DNA from: Actinomycetales bacterium | GTDB taxonomy: Bacteria; Actinomycetota; Actinomycetes; Actinomycetales; Dermatophilaceae | DNA: 64,000 bases | Direction: 5' to 3' | Assembly: GCA_002748155.1 (NCBI GenBank) | Contig: PDRO01000008.1 | Span: 1,998-65,997 of the forward strand | Shown here: one piece after another, positions 21,600 through 30,636 of the stretch | Numbering within the stretch: the stretch's first letter is position 1 | How the letters are laid out: every line of letters starts with the position of its first letter | Notes under the pieces: model-generated | The model's database searches: none | What the model was told of the DNA's origin: nothing | Seen by the model: only the letters and a program-made list of their open reading frames with translations | Translations under genes and position numbers: made by a program

Positions 21600-23240
21600 C
21601 TACTTGAGGGTGACCGAAGCCAGGTCGAAGACTCCGAACGGGGTCATTCTCACGTTGTCAACCCGGGTCGACCAGCCCGCAACGGCTTTGCCGTACCACA
21701 TCGGGATGACTGGCATGTCCTCGGCCAGAACGGCCTCGGCCTGTTGGTAGAACTCGTTCACTGAGTCACCCTGGGCCGCCGCAGCCTCGGTGAGCAGCTG
21801 GTCGAACTTGGGGTTCGAGTAGTCGCCGTCGTTCGAGCTAGCACCGGTTGCGTACAAGGGGGTGAGGAAGTTCTCGATCGACGGGTAGTCCATCTGCCAG
21901 CCGGTGCGGAACATCCCGGGCATCTCGTCGGCGTTGATCTTCTTGCGGAAGGTCGAGAAGTCGGGTTCGGCCGTCGCGACGCACTCGACACCCAGGGCGT
22001 CGGTGATCGAGTTGCACGTCGCTTCGGTCCATGCCTTGTGGTCGCCGTCGGCGTTGTAGGCGAGGGTGATCTTGTTACCGGTCTCGGCGTTGGTGTAGCC
22101 GCCGGCCTGGTCGAACAGCGCTTTGGCCTTGGCCTTGTCGTAAGTACACCACTCGCCACATGCTCCGGCCTTGGAGCCGTCGACGACTGCCGGGACCCAG
22201 CCGTCGGCCGGGATCCGGGTGCCGGCGAGCACCTTGTTGACGATCCTGTCGCGGTCGATGGCCATCGAGATGGCGCGGCGCAAGTCGGTGTTGTCGAAGG
22301 AGTTGTCGATCGCCGACGGCGCGAAGGTAATCGTGGCGATCGACCCTGTGGTCTTCACCAGGTTGCGGTCGGGCAGGTCGGTCTTGAATTTCTCACCGGC
22401 CAGCGCGCTGGTCGGCAGCTGACGCACGAAGTCGAGTTGGTCGGCTTGCAGGTCTTTGTAGGCCGCGTCGCTGTCCTGGTAGATCTTGAAGGTGATCGTG
22501 TCGACCTGGCCACCGAACTCACCGGAATAATCCGGGTTTTTCTTCAGCACCATCGCGGTGCCGGGCTCGTAGGAGTCCAACGTATAGGGGCCGGCGCCGA
22601 TCGGGTTATCGCCGAAGGACTTGCCGTCGTCGGTGAAGAAGCTGTCCGGCAGGGGCGCGAAGACGGAGTAGCCGAGCCGAATCGGCAGGTTCGAGACCTT
22701 GCCGGTCGTCTTGATCGTGAAGGTGTAGTCGTCGACGACCGCCAGACCGGTCATGGTCTCGGCCTTCGGTGGATCGGCTTCGCAGTCCTTGCTACCGCAG
22801 GCCACCTCTGCGGAGCCTTCGATCGGCTCGAAGAAGTAGGAGTTGAGCTGCCCGTTCTTGCCGTTGGCGGCCCAGTTCCACGCGTCGACGAAGTTGTGTG
22901 CCTTCACTTCGGTGCCGTCGGAGAACTTGTAGCCCTTCTTCAACGTGACGGTGAAGGTCTGGTTGTCGGCGGACTCGATCGACTCCGCGATGTCCATCTC
23001 GGGAGCTGCCGTGTCGGGGTTGTAGTGCACCAACTTGGCGATGACCAGGTCGAGCACGTTGCCGCCGCAAGTTTCGTTCGTGTTGGACGGGATGAACTTG
23101 TTCTCCGGCGTACAACCCTGGACGGTGATCCCATCGGCGTCGGTGTCGCCGCCGCTACCGCCGCTGCTGGTACAACCGGCCGCGGCCAAGGCCACTGCGG
23201 CTACCCCGGCGGACAGCGCCGCGCGAGTGCTTCCTCGCAT
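21600..23240 (-). CDS. Peptide/nickel ABC substrate-binding lipoprotein (family 5, DppA/OppA type)
   Basis: A signal peptide with lipobox LAAAGC is followed by a Ser/Gly linker. At 546 aa it has SBP_bac_5-like length and composition. It heads the minus-strand transporter operon. Confidence 0.85.
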   Translation of the reverse strand: MRGSTRAALSAGVAAVALAAAGCTSSGGSGGDTDADGITVQGCTPENKFIPSNTNETCGGNVLDLVIAKLVHYNPDTAAPEMDIAESIESADNQTFTVTLKKGYKFSDGTEVKAHNFVDAWNWAANGKNGQLNSYFFEPIEGSAEVACGSKDCEADPPKAETMTGLAVVDDYTFTIKTTGKVSNLPIRLGYSVFAPLPDSFFTDDGKSFGDNPIGAGPYTLDSYEPGTAMVLKKNPDYSGEFGGQVDTITFKIYQDSDAAYKDLQADQLDFVRQLPTSALAGEKFKTDLPDRNLVKTTGSIATITFAPSAIDNSFDNTDLRRAISMAIDRDRIVNKVLAGTRIPADGWVPAVVDGSKAGACGEWCTYDKAKAKALFDQAGGYTNAETGNKITLAYNADGDHKAWTEATCNSITDALGVECVATAEPDFSTFRKKINADEMPGMFRTGWQMDYPSIENFLTPLYATGASSNDGDYSNPKFDQLLTEAAAAQGDSVNEFYQQAEAVLAEDMPVIPMWYGKAVAGWSTRVDNVRMTPFGVFDLASVTLK

Positions 23241-23560
23241 CGAGTTCCTCCTACGTGTTGTCAGTGAATCCGCTCCTCGCGGGGAGGCGGAAGCGTGAGC
23301 CAGCGACCGCAGCCTGGGGCCAGCCGGGCATGACGGTGCTGAAGTTATCCAAGACTAGGCCATAATGGACTTCGACCCTTGGAACTGAGCCGAGATCCAA
23401 CCGTGATCGTTTGGTGTCCGGCAGGTTCTTCGTCGCCTCAGGTGTCGTCGCTGGCTGGCACCCTGGATCGGCCCGGATTCGGCCGTGACGGCACTTCGCC
23501 GTACCGTTCGGGGTGGATCGGGTCGGTCGCTCGATCAGTCCAGCCGTGCCAGGAGAGACG

Positions 23561-23755
23561 ATGACCCGCAGACTGCTTGCTCTGACCTCGGGAGCACTGG
23601 TCGGTGCAGCGGTGGTGCTCGCTGTGCGCGCTCTTGCCGACCGGTATGCCGCTGAAGGCGGACTGCCGACACCGCTGGCCGCTGCACTCGCCGAAGTCCG
23701 CGATCTGCTCGACGATCCGGCCGACGTCCGGGATGGTGCACCAGCCGACTTCTGA
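23561..23755 (+). CDS. Small putative membrane-anchored protein (64 aa)
   Basis: An aggagag RBS lies 4 nt before the ATG at 23561. There is one hydrophobic helix (LLALTSGALVGAAVVLAV) followed by an acidic tail. It is upstream of alaS. No family recognised. Confidence 0.4.
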   Translation: MTRRLLALTSGALVGAAVVLAVRALADRYAAEGGLPTPLAAALAEVRDLLDDPADVRDGAPADF

Positions 23756-23863
23756 TTCGGCGCGGCGCACTGGCTCGCTCCGAAGACTCCACCCCGCAGA
23801 CGGACCGAAACCCGAACCCACGATCACGCCGGAGGCTCCCGGCATACCGATGAGGACAGGCCC

Positions 23864-26569
23864 ATGGACACCGCCGAGATCAGGAATCGCTGGCTCGCCT
23901 TCTTTGAGCGCAAGCACCACACGGTGGTGCCGAGTGCCCCACTGCTCTACGACGACCCGACACTGCTGTTCGTCAATGCCGGCATGGTGCCGTTCAAGCC
24001 CTATTTCCTCGGCCAGCAGACGCCGCCCTACGACCGGGCGACCAGTGTGCAGAAGTGCGTGCGCACCGGGGATATCGAAGAGGTCGGCAAGACCAGCCGG
24101 CACCTGACCTTCTTCCAGATGAACGGCAACTTCTCGTTCGGCGACTACTTCAAGGCTGGTGCCATCGAGCTTGCGTGGGAGCTGCTGACCTCCGCGGTCG
24201 ATGACGGTGGCTACGGACTCGATCCCGATCGGCTCTGGACCACGGTCTACGAGGACGATGACGAGGCTGCCGACCTCTGGGTGCAACTCACCGACATCCC
24301 GGCCGAGCGGGTCCAACGGCGCGGCATGAAAGACAACTTCTGGTCCATGGGGGTGCCCGGGCCGTGCGGTCCCTGCTCGGAGATCTACTACGACCGGGGA
24401 CCGGACTACGGGCGCGAGGGTGGCCCGGTCGTCGACGAGGACCGCTACCTCGAGGTGTGGAACCTCGTTTTCATGCAGAACATCCGTGGTGAGGGTGGTG
24501 CCAAGGAGGGATACGAGATCCTCGGCGAGCTGCCTGCGAAGAACGTCGACACAGGAATGGGCCTGGAGCGGATGGCCAGCTTGCTCCAGGGCGTGGACAA
24601 CCTCTACGAGATCGACGAGGTCCGCCCGGTCATCGACGCCGCCGCCGACCTGACCGGCAAGGTGTACGGCACCCGGTCCGGACACGTCGCGACTGACAGC
24701 GACCCCGACGACGTGCGGTTGCGGGTCGTCGCCGATCACGTGCGGTCCTCGCTCATGCTCATCGGCGATGGTGTCGTGCCCGGCAATGAAGGCCGGGGGT
24801 ATGTGTTGCGCCGGATGCTGCGCCGCGCGGTCCGCTCGATGCGTCTGCTCGGGCTCACCGAGCCGGCGCTGCCTCAGCTGCTGCCGGTCAGCCTGGAGCG
24901 GATGGGCCGCTCCTATCCCCAGCTGCGCAGCGACTTCGGCCGGATCAGCGAGATCGCGTATGCCGAGGAGGAGGCTTTCCGGCGCACGCTCGCTTCCGGC
25001 ACGACGATCCTCGATAGTGCGGTGGGCCGAGCCAAGGAGGTCGCCGGCAGCGGGGTGGCCAGACTGTCGGGGGCGCAGGCCTTCACGTTGCACGACACTT
25101 ACGGATTCCCGATCGACCTGACCCTGGAGATGGCTTCCGAGCAGGGTGTGCAGGTCGACGAAGCGGGTTTCCGGCGGCTCATGCAGGAGCAGCGTGATCG
25201 GGCCAAAGCCGATGCGCAGGCCAAGAAGGTCGCCCACGGTGACATGGCCGTCTACCGTGAGGTCGCTGATCGTCTGGGCCACGCAGTGGAGTTCACCGGT
25301 TACGACGAGTTGGCCTCCGAGGCCCGGGTCGTCGGGCTGATCCGCGACGGGGCCACCGTGTCCACGGTGGGCGAAGGCGAGACGATCGAACTCGTCCTGG
25401 ACCGGACTCCTTTCTACGCCGAGGGCGGGGGCCAGCTCGCCGACGGTGGCCTGGTGCGACTGGCCGGGGGTGCGGTCGTCGAGGTCCGCGACGTCCAAGC
25501 CCCGCTTTCCGGGCTGTCGGTGCACCGTGCTGTGGTCGTCAGTGGTGAGGTTGGTGTCGGCGAGGGTGCCCAGGCTGCTGTCGATATCGCTCGGCGTCGG
25601 TCGATCTCACGGGCCCACACGGCAACTCACATGGTGCACAAGGCGATCCGTGAGGCACTCGGCGACACCGCCACACAAGCCGGCTCGGAGAACGGCCCGG
25701 GGCGTTTCCGGTTCGACTTCAACGCCCAACACGCGGTGCCGGCCAGCCAACTCGCCGACATCGAAGCCCGGGTCAACTCGGTGCTGCTCGACGACCTCCC
25801 GGTGCACGCCGAGGTGATGACCCAGCAAGAAGCCCTCGACACAGGCGCGATGATGCTCTTCGGGGAAAAGTACGGCGAGGCCGTGCGGGTGGTCTCGGTC
25901 GGGGACTGGGCTCGAGAGCTCTGTGGTGGCACGCACACGGCCCGCACCACGCAACTGGGTCTGGTCAAGCTGCTCGGTGAGTCGTCGATCGGCTCCGGTG
26001 TTCGCCGGGTCGAAGCGCTCGTCGGGGCCGACGCCTACGACTTCCTCGCGCGCGAGCACGCCATCGTCGGTCAGCTCACCGAGGTTCTCAAGGGCAGGGC
26101 CGAAGAACTGCCCGAGCGGATCAACGGGATCCTGGCGCGGCTCAAGGACGCCGAACGAGAGATCGCGGCTATCCACCAGGAACGGGCGCTCGCGGTCGCT
26201 CCGCAACTGGTCGCCAGTGCCCGCGACATCGGTCCGGTCCGTCTGGTCACCCACGACGCCGGAACCGGTGTCGCAGCGGACGACCTGCGCACACTGGTGC
26301 TCGACGTGCGTGCCCGGCTCGGCACCAACCACCCGGTCGTCGTGGCAATGACCGCCGCGCCCGCGAACAAGCCGGTCGTCATCGTCGCCACCACCGAGCC
26401 GGCCCGAGCGGCCGGGATCAAAGCCGGAGAGCTGGTGCGCCTGGCCGCCCGGACCCTCGGCGGAGGCGGTGGCGGTAAGGACGACTTGGCCCAAGGCGGC
26501 GGCACCGACAGCAGCAAGATGGGCCCGGCACTCGGGGCGATCGAGGAGCACCTGCGTAGGCTTGGCTGA
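23864..26569 (+). CDS. alaS: Alanine--tRNA ligase
   Basis: Class IIc motifs are present ([32 protein letters not shown]). The editing-domain HxxxH/CGGTH motif (HTATHMVH ... CGGTH) and a C-terminal DHHA1-like domain are also present. Confidence 0.95.
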   Translation: MDTAEIRNRWLAFFERKHHTVVPSAPLLYDDPTLLFVNAGMVPFKPYFLGQQTPPYDRATSVQKCVRTGDIEEVGKTSRHLTFFQMNGNFSFGDYFKAGAIELAWELLTSAVDDGGYGLDPDRLWTTVYEDDDEAADLWVQLTDIPAERVQRRGMKDNFWSMGVPGPCGPCSEIYYDRGPDYGREGGPVVDEDRYLEVWNLVFMQNIRGEGGAKEGYEILGELPAKNVDTGMGLERMASLLQGVDNLYEIDEVRPVIDAAADLTGKVYGTRSGHVATDSDPDDVRLRVVADHVRSSLMLIGDGVVPGNEGRGYVLRRMLRRAVRSMRLLGLTEPALPQLLPVSLERMGRSYPQLRSDFGRISEIAYAEEEAFRRTLASGTTILDSAVGRAKEVAGSGVARLSGAQAFTLHDTYGFPIDLTLEMASEQGVQVDEAGFRRLMQEQRDRAKADAQAKKVAHGDMAVYREVADRLGHAVEFTGYDELASEARVVGLIRDGATVSTVGEGETIELVLDRTPFYAEGGGQLADGGLVRLAGGAVVEVRDVQAPLSGLSVHRAVVVSGEVGVGEGAQAAVDIARRRSISRAHTATHMVHKAIREALGDTATQAGSENGPGRFRFDFNAQHAVPASQLADIEARVNSVLLDDLPVHAEVMTQQEALDTGAMMLFGEKYGEAVRVVSVGDWARELCGGTHTARTTQLGLVKLLGESSIGSGVRRVEALVGADAYDFLAREHAIVGQLTEVLKGRAEELPERINGILARLKDAEREIAAIHQERALAVAPQLVASARDIGPVRLVTHDAGTGVAADDLRTLVLDVRARLGTNHPVVVAMTAAPANKPVVIVATTEPARAAGIKAGELVRLAARTLGGGGGGKDDLAQGGGTDSSKMGPALGAIEEHLRRLG

Positions 26570-26573
26570 CTCG

Positions 26574-27167
26574 ATGCCCGGCAACCAGTCGGCCAGGCCA
26601 CCTGACCCGGCGTCCCGGTCCGAACCGTCCCGGGTCGCCGACCGGGTGCCGCCGCACCGGGGGGTGCGCCTCGGCGTGGATGTCGGTGCTGCCCGGATCG
26701 GGGTGGCCCGTAGTGACCCCGACGGAGTGCTGGCGACACCGGTGTGCACCGTGCCAGTGGCCGGTGACCCGACCGGGGACGGACTCGAGGCGATCGCCGG
26801 CCTTGTCGCCGAGCACACGGCATACCTCGTGTATGTGGGGTTGCCCTTGTCGTTGGACGGGTCCGACGGACCCGCGGCCCGGCGAATCCGCGACTATGCC
26901 ACGCGGCTTGCTGGGCGGATCGCTCCCACCCGCGTACGGTTGGTCGATGAGCGGCTCACGACCGTAGCCGCGCATCGTCAGCTACACGACAGCGGTCGGC
27001 GGGAGCGGAGTCATCGTGCGGTCGTCGACCAGGCGGCGGCGGTCCTCATCCTGCAGGCGGCATTGGACGCCGAGCGGGCCACCGGCCGGGAAGCCGGCCA
27101 GCCGTGCGGCGACCGACGCGGTAGGCCGCGGCGCCGTGGTAGAGAGGACCGAGATGAGCGGACGTGA
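26574..27167 (+). CDS. ruvX: Holliday-junction resolvase-like putative pre-16S rRNA nuclease RuvX/YqgF
   Basis: The YqgF core LGVDVGAARIGVARSD is present. It sits directly after alaS, as in most bacteria. The start is set to the ATG at 26574, just after the alaS stop. Confidence 0.8.
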   Translation: MPGNQSARPPDPASRSEPSRVADRVPPHRGVRLGVDVGAARIGVARSDPDGVLATPVCTVPVAGDPTGDGLEAIAGLVAEHTAYLVYVGLPLSLDGSDGPAARRIRDYATRLAGRIAPTRVRLVDERLTTVAAHRQLHDSGRRERSHRAVVDQAAAVLILQAALDAERATGREAGQPCGDRRGRPRRRGREDRDERT

Positions 27168-28419
27168 CCGGCTAGGGCCGGGCTTGCCCGACAGCTCCGA
27201 AGGAGGGCCGGACGACGGTCCCGGACGGCCCCTCGTCGACGGTCACGACCATCGGGAAGACCACGACGACCACGACGACCACTCCGACGAGCCGGCATCC
27301 TCGACTGCCGCCGCACGGGGCCCCGAGGACTACCCGCATACTCGTCGAGAGCAGCGTACGCGGCGACGCGGCCGGTCTCTGCGCCGCATGCTCATACTGT
27401 CGGTGGTCCTAGGGCTTGTCGTCTGGGCCGGCTGGGTCAGCTTCAGCACGTTGGCACCGCTGAACAGTCAGGAAACCGAGTCGAGTGACTTCGAGGGCCC
27501 CGGCGGCGAGCAGGTCCTCTTCGTGGTCGCACCGGGGGACACGGGCCAAGCGATCGGCGGCAAGCTGGCCGAGGCAGGAATCGTCAAGACATCCCAGGCC
27601 TTCGTCGAGGCGGCCATGGCAGATCCGAGATCCGGTGGTATCCAGCCCGGGGACTATCTGTTGCGCGACCGGATGCGAGCGATGGACGCCTTGGCTGTGC
27701 TCGTCGACCCGGCCAACCGCAAGGTCGACCGGGTGATCATCCGCGAAGGCTTGTGGGCCGAGGCAGTCTTCACAGCACTGAGCGAAGCGACCGGGCATCC
27801 GGTCGAGGCCTACGAGCAGGCTGCTGCGGATCCGTCGGCCCTGGGCCTGCCGGCTGAGGCTGCCGGTGATCTCGAGGGGTATCTCTTCCCGGCGACGTAC
27901 GATTTCACCAGCCAAGACTCACCGGCCCAACAACTGCGGACGCTGATCACAAAGACCAAGTCGGAGTTGGCCAGCCGCGGGCTCGACCCCGAGCGGGCTC
28001 GCGACACACTGATCATCGCCAGCATCATCGAGGCGGAGGTGCGCCTGCCACAGGACCGGCCCAAGGTGGCTCGGGTCATCTTCAATCGGCTCGAAGGCGG
28101 CATGAATCTGCAAATGGATTCCACGGTCAACTTCGGGGTCGGCAAGCGATCCATCACCACGACCGACGAGGAACGAGCCGACGACAATCCGTGGAACACC
28201 TACAAGTACGGGGGGCTTCCAGCTGGACCCGTGTGCAGCCCAGGGGCGGCGTCGATCGAGGCAGCGCTTAGCCCGGTTGACGGGCCGTGGTTGTATTTCG
28301 TGGCGGTCAATCCCGACGCCGGTGAGACCAAGTTCGCGGTCACCAAAGCCGAGCACGACGTCAATGTCGCCGAGTTCCGGCAGTGGTGTGAGCTGCCCGA
28401 GAACGACGGCCGGTGCTGA
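27154..28419 (+). CDS. mltG: Endolytic murein transglycosylase MltG (YceG family)
   Basis: A disordered N-terminus is followed by one transmembrane helix (MLILSVVLGLVVWAGWV). The YceG domain has ASIIEAE and NTYKYGGLPAGP motifs. The alaS-ruvX-mltG-aroE synteny fits. Confidence 0.8.
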   Translation: MSGRDRLGPGLPDSSEGGPDDGPGRPLVDGHDHREDHDDHDDHSDEPASSTAAARGPEDYPHTRREQRTRRRGRSLRRMLILSVVLGLVVWAGWVSFSTLAPLNSQETESSDFEGPGGEQVLFVVAPGDTGQAIGGKLAEAGIVKTSQAFVEAAMADPRSGGIQPGDYLLRDRMRAMDALAVLVDPANRKVDRVIIREGLWAEAVFTALSEATGHPVEAYEQAAADPSALGLPAEAAGDLEGYLFPATYDFTSQDSPAQQLRTLITKTKSELASRGLDPERARDTLIIASIIEAEVRLPQDRPKVARVIFNRLEGGMNLQMDSTVNFGVGKRSITTTDEERADDNPWNTYKYGGLPAGPVCSPGAASIEAALSPVDGPWLYFVAVNPDAGETKFAVTKAEHDVNVAEFRQWCELPENDGRC

Positions 28420-28435
28420 GTCGCGGATCACCACG

Positions 28436-29344
28436 ATGGGTCCAAGTGAGAAGGCGGCGGAGCCAGTGCTTGCGCGGCTGGGGCCGTGCCGCGCCGGAGT
28501 GTGTGGCTCCCCGGTGGAGCATTCGTTTTCGCCGTTGCTGCACCGGGCGGCATACCGGGCCCTCGGATTAACTGACTGGAGCTATCACCGGGCGCGGATC
28601 GAGGCAGACCAGCTGGCCGGCCACGTGGCCGGACTCGACGAGACGTGGCGTGGGCTGTCGCTGACGATGCCGCTCAAGGAAGCTGCCTTCGGCGTCGTGC
28701 ACACGGCATCGCCGCTCGCGGTCCGGGTGGGAGCGATCAATACTCTGGTGCGAGACGACCGTGGTTGGTGGGGTGAGAACACCGACGTCCACGGCATCGT
28801 CGAGGCGTTGCGGGCAGTGGGGGTGCGGCACGCCGATGCTGCGGTGCTCGTCGGTGCTGGAGCAACGGCTCGTTCCGCGTTGGCGGCGCTCGTCCAGCTC
28901 GGTGTGCGACGGGTGACCTTCATAGTGCGTGATCGGGTGCGTCCGGAGACGAGCCGGCTAGCGGAGGAACTCGGCCTTGACGTGGCGGAGTCGCCGATGG
29001 GTGTCTGGCCGGAGGTCTTCGACGTGGTCGTCGGGACGGTCCCGGCCGTGGCATATCACCGTGATCGAGGCCCGGCCGGGATGTCTCCGGTCGAGGCTCT
29101 GCCTCGGGCGGTGCCGGGCAGTGCGGTGCTCGACTGTGTCTACGGTGACGGTCCCAGCCCCCTGCTCCAGGCCGCGGACTCGACCGGGTATGCCGTGGTG
29201 CCGGGCACCGAGATGCTGCTCCATCAAGCTGCCGAGCAGGTGCGACTCATGACCGGGCGGCAGCCACCGGTCCCGGAGATGCGGCACGCCCTTGCCGCGG
29301 CCGTCGACGCAACCGAGAGCGGGACGAGAGGCTCGCGTCGATGA
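28436..29344 (+). CDS. aroE: Shikimate dehydrogenase
   Basis: Motifs present: GSPVEHSFSPLLH, LSLTMPLK, the INTL..W.G.NTD motif, and GAGATARSA as the NADP glycine-rich loop. The start is set to the ATG at 28436. Confidence 0.8.
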   Translation: MGPSEKAAEPVLARLGPCRAGVCGSPVEHSFSPLLHRAAYRALGLTDWSYHRARIEADQLAGHVAGLDETWRGLSLTMPLKEAAFGVVHTASPLAVRVGAINTLVRDDRGWWGENTDVHGIVEALRAVGVRHADAAVLVGAGATARSALAALVQLGVRRVTFIVRDRVRPETSRLAEELGLDVAESPMGVWPEVFDVVVGTVPAVAYHRDRGPAGMSPVEALPRAVPGSAVLDCVYGDGPSPLLQAADSTGYAVVPGTEMLLHQAAEQVRLMTGRQPPVPEMRHALAAAVDATESGTRGSRR

Positions 29345-30021
29345 CCGGGAGCACCGGCCCGTTGTGGCTCGTCATCGGCTGCGCTGTCGCCGGGTTGCCG
29401 ATCGGTTGGTACATGCGTCGTGAGTTGGCCACTGGTGGCTATCGGATCGTCGAAGACGAGAGCGGCCCGTTGCCGCGGGGTCAATGGCTCGTCCTGGCCG
29501 GGGTGCCGGTGTTGTGGGGAGTGCTTGCCTGGCGGGTGGGCACGGCCGCGGACGGCACCCTCCTGCCGGCTCTCTTGCTGTATGCGACTGTCGGGGTGGC
29601 GTTGTCCTGGATCGATGCCGACGTGCATCGGCTGCCGCACGGGCTGACCATGCCGCTGGCGGCCGGTGTCGTGGGACTGCTGTTGGTCAGTGCCGCCCTG
29701 ACCCGGGACTTCGGCTCGTTGGGTCGGGCCGTCACCTGCGCCGGCATCAGCTTCGTCGTCTATCTCGTTCTCGTCCTGCTTTCTTCCGGCAGCTTCGGGA
29801 TCGGCGACCTCGTCCTCGGCACGATCACCGGTCTTCTGCTCGGGTTCCTCGGCTGGCCGCAGCCGCTGCTGGCTATCGCCGCGGGTTTCGTGATCAGCTC
29901 GGTGGTCTTGGTCGTGCGCCTCGTATTGCGCCAGATCACCCTCAAGACCACTGTGGCCTTCGGCCCGTACATCCTGCTCGGTGCCTTGTGGGTTGTGCTG
30001 GCGCACGCGCCGTCACCTTGA
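29341..30021 (+). CDS. Prepilin peptidase (A24 family aspartic membrane protease)
   Basis: It is a polytopic protein with both catalytic Asp contexts (SWIDADVHRLP and GIGDLVLG). The start overlaps the aroE stop (ATGA). Confidence 0.7.
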   Translation: MTGSTGPLWLVIGCAVAGLPIGWYMRRELATGGYRIVEDESGPLPRGQWLVLAGVPVLWGVLAWRVGTAADGTLLPALLLYATVGVALSWIDADVHRLPHGLTMPLAAGVVGLLLVSAALTRDFGSLGRAVTCAGISFVVYLVLVLLSSGSFGIGDLVLGTITGLLLGFLGWPQPLLAIAAGFVISSVVLVVRLVLRQITLKTTVAFGPYILLGALWVVLAHAPSP

Positions 30022-30636
30022 CGGGGGGCCGAACCCCTCGCCATATTCCAGGCATTGTTTCTCGCGGTCTCCAGATCGTGGGGGAGTCTCTCGCCGTGTT
30101 CGGGCACACCGGACAACGCGCCTCAGCCACCGGCCCGGGCTAGCTGCTGGCCCACGCCATCGGCACTGGACGGGCGGCCGGGGTGGTTGAGCAGGTATTG
30201 GCCCGGGCTGATGCGGCCTGCTGCGGGTGGGCTGTCGTCGGTAGCGTGATTCGGCGCCGGGCGTGACCGCCCGGATGACTCCCGCCGTGACCGCCGCGGT
30301 CACTGCGATCAGTGACGACCCGTGGCAGCCCATCACTTACCCTCACGCTATCTGTGGAGTCAATCGGGTCATCGGCACCGAACACTGAGTCTCAGACGCC
30401 GGAGTCGCCGAAACCCGGTTCACCGCCATCACTCACCGCCACCGCGACCAGCAGGTCGACTGTCGGCTGGTCTTACGCCGCCGTCGCAGATACCACCTCC
30501 GCGCATTCGCCTGAGAAACCCCTGGGCCTCCGGTTGTGCCTATTGGTGGGCGAGAAAGTGTATCAGCGATTCGTTTGATGCCTCTTGTTCTGTAGGCGCA
30601 TCCTGCGCCGAGCACTGAGCGAAAGGAGAGGCAGTC

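Noticed and set aside
23241-23863. Possible T-box or other leader RNA upstream of alaS
   Set aside because: I could not find a T-box consensus (AGGGUGGNACCGCG-like). Much of the region is better explained by the divergent dppA promoter and a small RBS-preceded ORF (23561-23755).
23438-25525. 695-aa minus-strand ORF opposite alaS
   Set aside because: It is antisense to an unmistakable alanyl-tRNA synthetase and has low-complexity Arg/Gly/Pro/Asp-rich content. It is a high-G+C artefact.
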